Source: Candidatus Kerfeldbacteria bacterium
Lineage (GTDB): Bacteria > Patescibacteriota > Patescibacteriia > UBA9570
Length of the DNA: 26,584 bases
Reading direction: 5' to 3'
NCBI GenBank assembly: GCA_003512175.1
Contig: DOSP01000008.1
Coordinates: 3,001-29,584 of the forward strand
In this document: piece after piece, positions 7,779-16,823 of the stretch
Position numbering within the stretch: position 1 is the stretch's first letter
How the letters are laid out: each line of letters opens with the position of its first letter
Program-made: the position numbers and the translations under genes
The notes under the pieces: model-generated
What the model was told of the DNA's origin: nothing
The model's input: the letters and a program-made list of their open reading frames with translations, nothing else
The model's database searches: none

Positions 7779-9962
7779 ATGAAAAAAATACTGTTGGCGA
7801 TGTACGTTCTCACCTGGCCAGTCCTTACTCTGGCTGAAGACGCCTTTAACAATGAGACCAAGAAAGCGGTCCGGGTAAGTTATGAACTGTTCGGCGGTTA
7901 TATCACCGATTTAGGCATTGATGACACAGGCAGAATGTATGCCTCAACCTTATCATCTAATGGCATCTATCACTCTACCGACTCCGCTGAAACTTGGGAG
8001 GGTCCAACTGCCGGAACAGATTTAGGTAAAGTAAATGCCTTGGTCATCTCAGACGAACCTGATACAGCTTATGTAGTTGGCGGCATTAGCCTGTATAAAA
8101 CGACTGACGGTGGAACGAACTGGACAGAATTAGCTGGTTCACGCGGTGATGCGGAATCGAACGACTTCAATTTGGCCCTGGCCTACGCCAACGGTGTGTT
8201 GGTAGCGCCAGTGCGCGATGGCAGCCTAGATGTCAGTGTGAACGAAGGTGAATCATTTACCAATATCACTATCGCCGAAGATGTCAGCACGAACAGTATT
8301 GTTGGCAACACCGATGGTTCAACATTTTATATCCTGGCTGCTAGCGGCAGTGATCAAACCAGAACTCTGTACGTTTTGGATGTCGCCACCCAGACAGTGA
8401 CCGCCACCAGCCAGTCGGGCAACTATGCCTGGGTGGGCGCGAAACCAACCGACAACAATTTCATTGTGATCGCCGGAGCGGATGGTGCGCTCTATACCAC
8501 CACTGGCGCAAATGGCACGTGGCAGACTCTCACTGCCGAACCGATTACTGGAGAAGTAAACATTATCGGTGATCGTATCTATTTGGGTGATAAATATACG
8601 GATAATCTCGGCGGCACAGTGACAAATTTGGTGGTGACGGCCAACCAATTGGCGGTTGATCCGAACAATACTGAGGTGATGGTGGTTGGTTCTGGCACCG
8701 GCGTCCAGTTGTCGACCGATGGTGGAGAGACCTGGTCAGAAGATGCAAAATCGAACGGCTTGCTGGGTGTGACGGTGAATGATATTACGCAATCGGATAA
8801 TAAGAAAAATGTCTGGCTAGCAGCCCAAGGCGGTTTGGCCCACAGCAATAATTTTTTAAGTGATTCCCCTACCTGGGAATACCCCATTCTGCCGGACCAA
8901 GCCAGTAGTGACATAGAATGTGTTTGGATAGATCCTGATAATACTGATCATATCGTAGCCGGTGCCAGTAACCTGTTTGTGAGCACAAATGGTGGCGATG
9001 CCTGGCAGGTAGCAACTGGAATTGAAAGCTTAACCGGTACCTTCACAGACGTTGTGTCTGATGGTGACACGCTCTACGCCGCCTTCTCTGAACAGCAAGG
9101 GAGCGATGGTACCCTCTATACCAGCACCGATGGCGGTAGCACCTGGTCAGATGTCACGGGGCTGGATGCGCCGGCCAATGATCTTGCCGTACTGAGCAAT
9201 GGTACGGTGGTCGTTGGCACTGGTTATGAATTTAGTGATGATACGACACAACACGGTGTGTTCTTATATGATGGCTCGACTTGGGAACAAGTCAGCACAG
9301 GTACAGATCAATCGGTCACATCGGTGGTGGTGGTCGGTGAAACGGTGTTTGCCAGCGGTATTGGCGATTCAAATGGTAAGCTACTGCGCTCAACCGATAA
9401 TGGTGTCACCTGGGAAGACATCACCGCTAATGGTTTGCCGAGCGATGCCTATTTCCATTCCGTCACAGCCGCGGATGCGAACACCATCTATGCCGCCACA
9501 GGTCGGCCAGCCGGTACCAGTTATGTCTATAAATCCACCGATGCGGGCGAGAGTTGGTCACTATTATATACTGGCTTGGTGGATGAAGAATTTAACGAGA
9601 TGTTGTTTGATGGCTTAACCACCGGCACCACGATCGGCTTGCAATCATTGTATTCGAAGGCAACACTTACTGCATCGGCCAAAGGTGATAACCTCACCAT
9701 TCAGTTGAAGGATGCTGCCACCAAAGATGGCCTGCGCCAACGTACCGTGAAACTCTATAAGAAAACGAAAAAGTCTGGGGATTGGCAACAAGTGAAACTG
9801 AAGACAAAACGCACCAATAACAAGGGCAAGTTGACGTTAGAACTCAATCAATCTAAAACTACGTATTATCAAGTGCGCTGGATACCGAACGATACTGATG
9901 CTGCAACCTATGGGACAGATACCGTCCGCACCAAACAACTGAAAGTGAAAGGTGCACGATGA
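7779..9962 (+). CDS. Secreted Asp-box (BNR) repeat beta-propeller protein with a basic C-terminal Ig-like domain (paralog A)
   Basis: Signal peptide from ATG 7779. Many S/TxDxGxxW boxes (TTDGGTNW, STDGGETW, STNGGDAW, STDGGSTW, STDNGVTW, STDAGESW). Lys/Arg-rich last ~95 aa. Confidence 0.88.
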   Translation: MKKILLAMYVLTWPVLTLAEDAFNNETKKAVRVSYELFGGYITDLGIDDTGRMYASTLSSNGIYHSTDSAETWEGPTAGTDLGKVNALVISDEPDTAYVVGGISLYKTTDGGTNWTELAGSRGDAESNDFNLALAYANGVLVAPVRDGSLDVSVNEGESFTNITIAEDVSTNSIVGNTDGSTFYILAASGSDQTRTLYVLDVATQTVTATSQSGNYAWVGAKPTDNNFIVIAGADGALYTTTGANGTWQTLTAEPITGEVNIIGDRIYLGDKYTDNLGGTVTNLVVTANQLAVDPNNTEVMVVGSGTGVQLSTDGGETWSEDAKSNGLLGVTVNDITQSDNKKNVWLAAQGGLAHSNNFLSDSPTWEYPILPDQASSDIECVWIDPDNTDHIVAGASNLFVSTNGGDAWQVATGIESLTGTFTDVVSDGDTLYAAFSEQQGSDGTLYTSTDGGSTWSDVTGLDAPANDLAVLSNGTVVVGTGYEFSDDTTQHGVFLYDGSTWEQVSTGTDQSVTSVVVVGETVFASGIGDSNGKLLRSTDNGVTWEDITANGLPSDAYFHSVTAADANTIYAATGRPAGTSYVYKSTDAGESWSLLYTGLVDEEFNEMLFDGLTTGTTIGLQSLYSKATLTASAKGDNLTIQLKDAATKDGLRQRTVKLYKKTKKSGDWQQVKLKTKRTNNKGKLTLELNQSKTTYYQVRWIPNDTDAATYGTDTVRTKQLKVKGAR

Positions 9963-9979
9963 CGGAGCCTGATACCGTG

Positions 9980-10594
9980 TTACTCTCCAACCAGCTGAAC
10001 TGCATCAATTTCGGCCCATTCGTTTGGAACCAAAGAGGTATCCACGGTCACACGCACACCGTTCACTAAATATTCAGTGATATCGACGGGTACTTGAAGA
10101 TAGCCTAAACCCACCGTTGAATCAGTGCCTTCCCAGATCGTATAATATTGCCCACCAAGATCGATCAGTTCAACTTTGGTCACTGCACCGCTACCATAGG
10201 TTTCACGAATACGCACCCCTACCGCGTTGACTGCTTTTGCAAAAGTAACTTCTATTGTTTCTTCGCCCTTATTTTTTTCTAAATGTGCCCAGGCGGATAT
10301 ATTATCGCCATAGACATCAACATTAGGCTGACCAGTGGCCTGTTTAGCCGCCCAAGAATCTGTGCCGTATTCCGATGAAGCAGTGGCGGTCTTCGCCCAC
10401 TGACCATTATCATCGGCTTCCACCTCGGCGTCGCTGGCCGTCACGTCAAACGTCACCCCTTCCACTGCCGGCGTGTTTTTATTAGTCGTTGTGGTGGTTG
10501 TCGTTGGTGTAGTCGTACCGGTGCACCCTGCACCTATCAGCAGCAACCCAGCTGTACCCGCTGAGAGCACTGATGCAAGAATAGTTTTACGCAT
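9980..10594 (-). CDS. Lipoprotein with a Thr-rich linker and a galactose-binding/discoidin-like beta-sandwich
   Basis: Lipobox LLLIGAG-C, TTTPTTTTTTT linker, and the pattern QWAKTATASSEYG...ATGQP...GD...AW...EIDAVQLVG. Start ATG 10594. Confidence 0.78.
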   Translation of the reverse strand: MRKTILASVLSAGTAGLLLIGAGCTGTTTPTTTTTTTNKNTPAVEGVTFDVTASDAEVEADDNGQWAKTATASSEYGTDSWAAKQATGQPNVDVYGDNISAWAHLEKNKGEETIEVTFAKAVNAVGVRIRETYGSGAVTKVELIDLGGQYYTIWEGTDSTVGLGYLQVPVDITEYLVNGVRVTVDTSLVPNEWAEIDAVQLVGE

Positions 10595-10641
10595 AGCGTA
10601 TTTTTTGCTTATGTTAATTAATCTAGTATAGTATAGCATAT

Positions 10642-11241
10642 ATGCTATTCCCCCGACTACCTACACCGATCAAGATCCAAAACTATCTGGATCGTGTGCC
10701 AATGAATTGGGAAAAACACGGGGAAACCTACATGTCACCACGCCGGGCCTTGCGGGAACGGAAAATGCATTGCTTAGAAGGTGCTTTATTTGCGGCAGCG
10801 GTGTTATGGCAGAATGGTGAACCATCGCTACTGTTTGATTTACGCGCCGACGGTGATGATGACCATGTGGTGGCGCTGTATAAGCGTCACGGCTACTGGG
10901 GAGCCATTAGTAAAACGAATCACGCCTCTGTCCGGTTTCGTGATCCGATTTATAAAACCCTGCGGGAACTGGCTCTATCTTTTTTTCATGAATACTTCGT
11001 CAATACAACCGGTAAAAAAGTCTTGCGGGAATATTCCACAAAACCATTTGATCTCAGAAAATTTGGCACCGACTGGATAACGACTGAGGAAGATTTATTC
11101 AGTATTGCCGAACGCATTGATCACTCTCGTCATAGTAGAATTATTCCAAAACGAAATAGGTCACTTATCCGTCCAGCTGATGTCATGGAACGCCGCGCCG
11201 GCCAATTGATCGAATGGCCACGATCAGATCGACGCACCTAG
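10642..11241 (+). CDS. Conserved hypothetical protein, probable transglutaminase/papain-like fold
   Basis: MHCLEGALFAAA (Cys at helix start), DDDHVVALY and WGAISKTN suggest a Cys-His catalytic arrangement. Confidence 0.65.
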   Translation: MLFPRLPTPIKIQNYLDRVPMNWEKHGETYMSPRRALRERKMHCLEGALFAAAVLWQNGEPSLLFDLRADGDDDHVVALYKRHGYWGAISKTNHASVRFRDPIYKTLRELALSFFHEYFVNTTGKKVLREYSTKPFDLRKFGTDWITTEEDLFSIAERIDHSRHSRIIPKRNRSLIRPADVMERRAGQLIEWPRSDRRT

Positions 11242-11274
11242 CCTGTGTATGAGCGAGTGTGCTACTATCTACCT

Positions 11275-11541
11275 ATGAAAAATACGAAACCAAGCGCTAT
11301 CCGGCGACTTAAAATTGTCGAGGGGCAGATTCGGGCATTGCAGCGGATGGTGGAGCGTGGTGATTATTGTATTGATGTGCTCACACAAACTGCCGCGGTC
11401 AGACACGCTTTATCCGGAGTCGAGGATATGATCTTGGAAGGCCATTTATCCACCTGTGCCGCCCAACAAATGAAATCGGGTAAAGTGGCTAAAGCGACCG
11501 AGGAAGTTCTGAAAGTGTATCGTTTATCCAAACGCAAATGA
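11275..11541 (+). CDS. csoR: CsoR/RcnR-family metal-sensing repressor
   Basis: RRLKIVEGQIRALQRM, YCIDVLTQ and HLSTC give the C-H-C ligand set. Start ATG 11275. Confidence 0.9.
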   Translation: MKNTKPSAIRRLKIVEGQIRALQRMVERGDYCIDVLTQTAAVRHALSGVEDMILEGHLSTCAAQQMKSGKVAKATEEVLKVYRLSKRK

Positions 11542-12140
11542 TCTGGCATGACCGGGCGGAAGCCGGTCAGCAATTGGCCAACGCCCTGAAACAATACGAT
11601 CAACAATCTACTGTCATTGTTGTAGGTTTACCCCGCGGCGGAGTGGTCACCGCTGCAGTTGTGGCCAAAACGTTGCAACTGCCACTTGATATTGTCATTA
11701 CGCGCAAGTTAGGCGCACCTGGTCATCAGGAATACGCCTGGGGAGCATTGACTGAAACAGGTGTCATTGTTGGTCATGGAACTGATGAAGTAATTAGTCA
11801 AGAAAAAAAAGAATTAGACAGACGTATTAAGCAGTACCGAGGGGGCCAGGCACGAATTGAGTTAAAAAATAAAGTAGTCATTTTAGTTGACGACGGTATT
11901 GCCACGGGGCTAACGATGCAGGCGGCCATTCAATCGATCCAGCAACAAGAACCACAGCGCATCATCGTCGCCGTACCAGTCGCGCCGCCAGATACGGTAG
12001 TAGAACTTAAGCGAATAGTTGATGATGTGGTTGTGTTGGATCAGCCAGACAATTTTATGGCCGTTGGCCAGTTTTATGAAGAATTTGATCAAGTCACTGA
12101 CGAACAGGTACAATATTATTTAACGCATGGCAATACGTAA
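11538..12140 (+). CDS. Type I phosphoribosyltransferase-family protein
   Basis: GLPRGGV, RKLGAPG and the PRPP-binding loop VILVDDGIATGLTM. ATGA overlap with csoR. Confidence 0.92.
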   Translation: MIWHDRAEAGQQLANALKQYDQQSTVIVVGLPRGGVVTAAVVAKTLQLPLDIVITRKLGAPGHQEYAWGALTETGVIVGHGTDEVISQEKKELDRRIKQYRGGQARIELKNKVVILVDDGIATGLTMQAAIQSIQQQEPQRIIVAVPVAPPDTVVELKRIVDDVVVLDQPDNFMAVGQFYEEFDQVTDEQVQYYLTHGNT

Positions 12141-12639
12141 TTGGTTATTTCTAAGTTTAATTATTTTTGTTGGTTGCGGTCAACCAAATATCGCCGATAT
12201 GAAAATCATCAGCCCACATTGGGAACATAATCGAACCATTCCGGCACAATTTACCTGTGCGGGTGAAGATATTTCCCCGGCACTGGAGTGGTCAGACATT
12301 CCAGCCGACACACAAAGTTTTGTGTTCATCGTGCGCGACCCAGATGCACCCAGTAAGGAATGGATTCATTGGATTGTAAAAGATATCCCAGCTAACGTAA
12401 CGAGTGTGGCAGACAACACCGTACCGACTGGAGGTGTAGAGGTCATGAACGACTTTGGCAAAACCTCCTGGGGTGGCCCGTGCCCGCCGAATGGCTTACA
12501 CCGGTATCATTTTGAACTGTACGCACTTGATGTGCCCACCATAAACGGTAACTCATTAGCAGAAATCGAGACTGCCATGGTAGGGCACATTGTGGGTAAA
12601 GCGGATTTAGTTGGTACCTTTGACCTTCACAATACTTGA
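12127..12639 (+). CDS. YbhB/YbcL (PEBP/RKIP-like) protein, predicted lipoprotein
   Basis: DISPALEW, DPDAP, WIHW, GGPCPP and HRYHFELYALD. N-terminal LIIFVG-C lipobox. Confidence 0.92.
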   Translation: MAIRNWLFLSLIIFVGCGQPNIADMKIISPHWEHNRTIPAQFTCAGEDISPALEWSDIPADTQSFVFIVRDPDAPSKEWIHWIVKDIPANVTSVADNTVPTGGVEVMNDFGKTSWGGPCPPNGLHRYHFELYALDVPTINGNSLAEIETAMVGHIVGKADLVGTFDLHNT

Positions 12640-14898
12640 AGTAGCGTTGGTGTACTCTTCACTGGTACCGCCCTTCGGTTTCCAAGTGGCTTTGAATTGA
12701 TACTGTTTGGCTTTACGAATACGCACCTCAATGATGGCTTGACCTTTTTTGTTAGTTTTTACCGTGTCGATCTTTTCAAACTTCTTGCCTGATTTTTGAA
12801 AAAACTTGACCCGCTGATTTTTCAATTTTTTTCCAGTGACTCCATCTTTTAACGTAACAGTGAATTCCGCTTTTTTCAAAACCGGCACTTTTTTCTTAGC
12901 CGCTTTTACCGTTAAGGCCGCCTTTGATTTAATTTCAAACAACCCACGACTGGTTCCAGCCGTGACGCCATCAAAAATGAGTGTGTAGAAGGTTTCTTCT
13001 TGTAACCCGGTATATTGCAAACCCCACGTGTCTCCCCCGTCCGTAGATTTGTATAACACACCTTGATTGAAGAAGTTGGTCGCACCTAGATACAATGTGT
13101 TTGGTGTCGTAGATGATTGAATTGCTAAACTGTTGAAGGATCGCAATTCGTCAATACCGTCGGTAATTTGATCCCAGGAATTACCGCTATCATTTGACCG
13201 ATAGAAACCAGATGTCCCAACGGCATAGATAATCGTGTCATCATCTGGATCAACCAGAATTTTGACGATATCTTCTTCAGGCGTACCATCGAGAGCTGTC
13301 CATGAATCATTTTCATAGACATAAATCCCTGTTAAATAATCCGACCCGGCATCCGCACCCACACCAACATACAACCGACCATCACTGGCTTGGGTAATGG
13401 TTTGTGCAGAGACATTATCAGTAATGGCTAAATCTTCCCAGGTTTCACCTTTATCGGTAGAGCGCAATACCATACCCACTTTACTATTGTTTGGTTCACC
13501 GTTTTCTACCGCTGCATATAGGGTGTTCGCATCCGTCACATCTGCCAGAATTTCATCAACTGAATAATCATGAGATAAGAGATCAGCCGCATCATTTGCT
13601 GTCCAACTGCTACCACCATCCGTGGTGCGCCGAATCGCTCCAATTTCTCCAACCACCACCATGTTCGGATCAGACGGATCCACCCAAATCGCTGTACCAG
13701 GATCTTCTAACACCGGAAACTCCCAAGTGGGATTAGTACTAGTAAAGTTTTGTGTCTTGGCAATACCATTGTAGGCGGCTGCCCAAACAATATCTTTATC
13801 AGTCGCTTGACTGATATCGGTGATCGTTACGCCGCTAATCCCTTCATTGATATCTTCCCAGGTTTGGCCACGATCAGTACTCTTGCTTAAACCAGGCATG
13901 CCATCGGCATAGAGCATGTCTACATCGTTGGGATCAACTAACAGGAAATGCCCACCTAATGCTGTGGTTTCAGAATCATCAGCACCAAGTGACTCCCAGT
14001 TCGCTAGATCGTCTGAATACATTTCACCCATATATAAACGCTCAGCAGTATCAAAGACACACCAGCTTGTCACAGAATTTGTACCCGTACCTACCCACGA
14101 ACTGCCGCCATTGGTAGAGAGATAATTATCTTCCCCGGAAAAACCACCTGTCAAACCAACCACACTAGCATCACTCCCATTGACGCAGACATGGACAGCT
14201 GCTGAAGTATCCTGCATGGCAGGAATGGATAATTCAGTCCAATTCTCCCCGTCATCCGTGCTTTTATAGAGATGGGCGACATAATCGCTGTCCATCGTTT
14301 GTACATAGACCGCACCAGCTGTGATGGCCATGCTCCAAATGTCTTCACTATTGGGTAAGGTCGTAGTGGTAAATGACTCACCACCATCGGCCGATGTATG
14401 AATTGTGCCTGGCGTACTGGTGCTCGACATGAACAGTGTATCGCCGATCACCAATAAAGCATTTCCATTGTCTTCTAAAATCCGGGTAAACGTTACGCCT
14501 TCATCCGTGCTTTTATAAAGCCCTTGGCTAAAAGTGGTATAGACATTACCGTCTGTATCCACTTCCACTCCAATCCCTCCACCATAGTCGACACCAGATA
14601 AACCATTCCAGGTCGCGCCACCATCGTCTGACCAGTAAAAGCCATTCGGTGAATCTTTCGCAACCGTATAGAGCTTGCTGCCATCTGGCGATAAAGCCAC
14701 ATCCCACAAATTTCCACCAAATGGTCCTAGGTTTTCGACGCTGGCTGTAGAGGTATTATCCGCTACCGGAACATCCCCACCTTCTTCAAATTCACCATCG
14801 CCGAAATCCCCATCATCAAAATCTCCGTCCGCCGCGATCGCTGCAAAGGCAAACCCAGCAATGACTAATCCACTACTGAGCTTAATAAGTGTGTGCAT
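12607..14898 (-). CDS. Secreted Asp-box (BNR) repeat beta-propeller protein with a basic C-terminal Ig-like domain (paralog B)
   Basis: Signal peptide and acidic DGDF repeats. About 10 Asp boxes (SDDGGATW, STDEGVTF, STDDGENW, STDRGQTW, STDKGETW, STDGGDTW). Lys-rich tail. Confidence 0.88.
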   Translation of the reverse strand: MHTLIKLSSGLVIAGFAFAAIAADGDFDDGDFGDGEFEEGGDVPVADNTSTASVENLGPFGGNLWDVALSPDGSKLYTVAKDSPNGFYWSDDGGATWNGLSGVDYGGGIGVEVDTDGNVYTTFSQGLYKSTDEGVTFTRILEDNGNALLVIGDTLFMSSTSTPGTIHTSADGGESFTTTTLPNSEDIWSMAITAGAVYVQTMDSDYVAHLYKSTDDGENWTELSIPAMQDTSAAVHVCVNGSDASVVGLTGGFSGEDNYLSTNGGSSWVGTGTNSVTSWCVFDTAERLYMGEMYSDDLANWESLGADDSETTALGGHFLLVDPNDVDMLYADGMPGLSKSTDRGQTWEDINEGISGVTITDISQATDKDIVWAAAYNGIAKTQNFTSTNPTWEFPVLEDPGTAIWVDPSDPNMVVVGEIGAIRRTTDGGSSWTANDAADLLSHDYSVDEILADVTDANTLYAAVENGEPNNSKVGMVLRSTDKGETWEDLAITDNVSAQTITQASDGRLYVGVGADAGSDYLTGIYVYENDSWTALDGTPEEDIVKILVDPDDDTIIYAVGTSGFYRSNDSGNSWDQITDGIDELRSFNSLAIQSSTTPNTLYLGATNFFNQGVLYKSTDGGDTWGLQYTGLQEETFYTLIFDGVTAGTSRGLFEIKSKAALTVKAAKKKVPVLKKAEFTVTLKDGVTGKKLKNQRVKFFQKSGKKFEKIDTVKTNKKGQAIIEVRIRKAKQYQFKATWKPKGGTSEEYTNATSSIVKVKGTN

Positions 14899-14942
14899 AT
14901 TTTTGTTATTGAGTTATTTACTTGGTATAGTATAGCAGATTT

Positions 14943-15530
14943 ATGTTGCCATATAAAGAGATCTTTGGGTACGGTGCCGTGCTGATTGGAACAATTGGTT
15001 ATATTCCTTATATTAAGGATATCTTGGCCAAACGGACCAAGCCGCATCTGTTTTCTTGGCTGATTTGGTTTCTCACAGAAGCCATTGCCTTTACTGTGCA
15101 ATGGTTTGAGCATGGTGGAGCGGGTGGTTGGGTGCATGGGATGCAGGCCGGCCTGTGTTTGGTAGTGGTACTATTGGCGATATGGTATGGACACCGCGCT
15201 ATCACCCGGTTCGATTGGTGGTCGCTTGGACTGGCAGTACTGGGCATAGTGTTGTGGTGGTGGACTAACCAAGCCTTGTTGGCCGTTCTATTGAGCATCG
15301 TCGTTGATGTACTGGCATTTGCACCAACCTTCCGCAAAAGTTATCGATTACCACAACAAGAAACCGCCCGGCTGTACGTCACGAGTGGCTTGAGCTATGG
15401 CTTGGCCTTATTTGCGCTTGGACAATATGCCGTGGTGAACTGGCTCTATCAAGCAGTACTGGTCGGTTTGAATTTCTCTATGGTGCTGTGGTTATTGATT
15501 TTACGCAGACGTGCTAAAATAAAAGCATGA
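14943..15530 (+). CDS. Multi-pass membrane protein, PQ-loop/SemiSWEET-like
   Basis: About 7 hydrophobic segments and two repeats, YIPYIKDILAKRTKP..SW and FAPTFRKSYRLPQQE. Confidence 0.65.
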   Translation: MLPYKEIFGYGAVLIGTIGYIPYIKDILAKRTKPHLFSWLIWFLTEAIAFTVQWFEHGGAGGWVHGMQAGLCLVVVLLAIWYGHRAITRFDWWSLGLAVLGIVLWWWTNQALLAVLLSIVVDVLAFAPTFRKSYRLPQQETARLYVTSGLSYGLALFALGQYAVVNWLYQAVLVGLNFSMVLWLLILRRRAKIKA

Positions 15531-16120
15531 CCACAATACTCTGGCGCATTTTATTTGGTGGGGTGATTGTCTTCGAAGTATTGGTGTGGTTAGAATTGAT
15601 TCCCCTCACCGCTACATTCACCATCCTTGGCTTAATTATTACCCAAGGCGCCGCCTGGATTATATTAGAAATTGTTCAAGCGCGATTGCGTCGGCCATAT
15701 CAAGGCTGGATTATGTCGCTAGTGGTACTGGCGATGACGTTAGATATGGCTGGTGATTTATTTCATTGGTACGACAGGTTTTTTTGGTATGATGCCAGCT
15801 TGCACTTCTTTGGTTCAGCGGTAGCCGGCTTATGGGTGTGGAATATCGCCACGATTATCTATAGCAAACGTGCTCCACGTAAACTCATCTTGCTGTGCAG
15901 CTTTGGCCTAGCTGTCGCCATGGGCGTGGCCTATGAAATTGAAGAATATTTGGAAGATTACTTCACCGGTTCTCACCGGTTAGGTGATGCCTTTGATACC
16001 GGCCATGATTTATTGTTGAATACGCTCGGCGTTACCGTGGCTGTGACAATCGCTGCTAGGCTATACCACGTAAGGCATACCCAACCAAATAAGCCAAAGT
16101 TGCCGCAATCCCGCCGGTGA
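15527..16120 (+). CDS. Membrane protein, DUF2238-like
   Basis: Hydrophobic helices carrying WYDxxxH, YExxEY and DTxxDL motifs. ATGA overlap with the upstream gene. Confidence 0.65.
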   Translation: MTTILWRILFGGVIVFEVLVWLELIPLTATFTILGLIITQGAAWIILEIVQARLRRPYQGWIMSLVVLAMTLDMAGDLFHWYDRFFWYDASLHFFGSAVAGLWVWNIATIIYSKRAPRKLILLCSFGLAVAMGVAYEIEEYLEDYFTGSHRLGDAFDTGHDLLLNTLGVTVAVTIAARLYHVRHTQPNKPKLPQSRR

Positions 16121-16760
16121 GGACAGTGCGTAGCCCGGCATCCCACCATTTACCATCGGTAAATTGGGCCTTGATCGTACCCACTATAAATAAAGCAATC
16201 ATGGTAAAAATACTGGTCACAATAAACACCACTTTGGTATCAAACTGGAAAAATGGCGTGAGCACATAGCCAATCAGTGGAATAATGCCGATCGCGTTAA
16301 ATGCCAAAAAAGTAGTTCGAGCGCTTTTCAATGGATAAATGGCTTCTTCCACTACATCAAACTCGTGCTTCATCATAATATCCACCCAGACATCCTTGTC
16401 TTTGGTGATCACATGAGTGGCCGATTCCAGTGCCTTACCAGTAAAGCCATGGTCTTGTAAGATCTGCTCAATTTCTTCCCGTTCCTCCTGAGGCTTTTCT
16501 CGAATTGATTTGTACTCTAACCGACGAATCCGTTGAATCCGTTCCTTTTCGGCTTTATCACTGGAATATTTACTCACGGCCATCGATACACCGTCAGCCA
16601 ACAAATTGGCAAAACCGAGAATTAATACAATGGCAACGGGCAAGCTGGCGCCTTCTACACCGGCCACTACCGCAAATGTGGTTACTGCACCATCAATCCC
16701 CCCATACACAAAATCGGACACCCAAATATATTTTGCCGACCGGGTTCGTTTCAGAGCCAT
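16056..16760 (-). CDS. VIT1/CCC1-family Fe/Mn transporter
   Basis: VYGGIDGAVTTFAVVAG, GFANLLADGVSMA, a Glu-rich cytosolic domain and MMKHE. Start ATG 16760 or 16766. Confidence 0.93.
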   Translation of the reverse strand: MALKRTRSAKYIWVSDFVYGGIDGAVTTFAVVAGVEGASLPVAIVLILGFANLLADGVSMAVSKYSSDKAEKERIQRIRRLEYKSIREKPQEEREEIEQILQDHGFTGKALESATHVITKDKDVWVDIMMKHEFDVVEEAIYPLKSARTTFLAFNAIGIIPLIGYVLTPFFQFDTKVVFIVTSIFTMIALFIVGTIKAQFTDGKWWDAGLRTVLTGGIAATLAYLVGYALRGIA

Positions 16761-16767
16761 AGCCATT

Positions 16768-16817
16768 AGTATAGCCCGTTCCGCCCGATTGACAAATCAG
16801 ATCGTCATCAGTACAGT
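16768..16817. promoter_or_regulatory. Back-to-back sigma70 promoters for VIT1 and znuCB with overlapping -35 boxes
   Basis: Plus strand: TTGACA (16789-16794), 17 nt, TACAGT (16812-16817). Minus strand: TTGTCA (16790-16795), 16 nt, TATACT (16768-16773). Confidence 0.7.
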
Positions 16818-16823
16818 CAAGCC

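Noticed and set aside
10486..10520. GTC/GTT/GTG-rich trinucleotide-like tract
   Set aside because: It encodes the Thr-rich linker of the lipoprotein.
14252..14517. Exact 17-bp direct repeat TCATCCGTGCTTTTATA at 14252 and 14501
   Set aside because: Both copies encode Asp-box YKSTD units, so the protein repeat explains it. It is not a CRISPR or recombination site.
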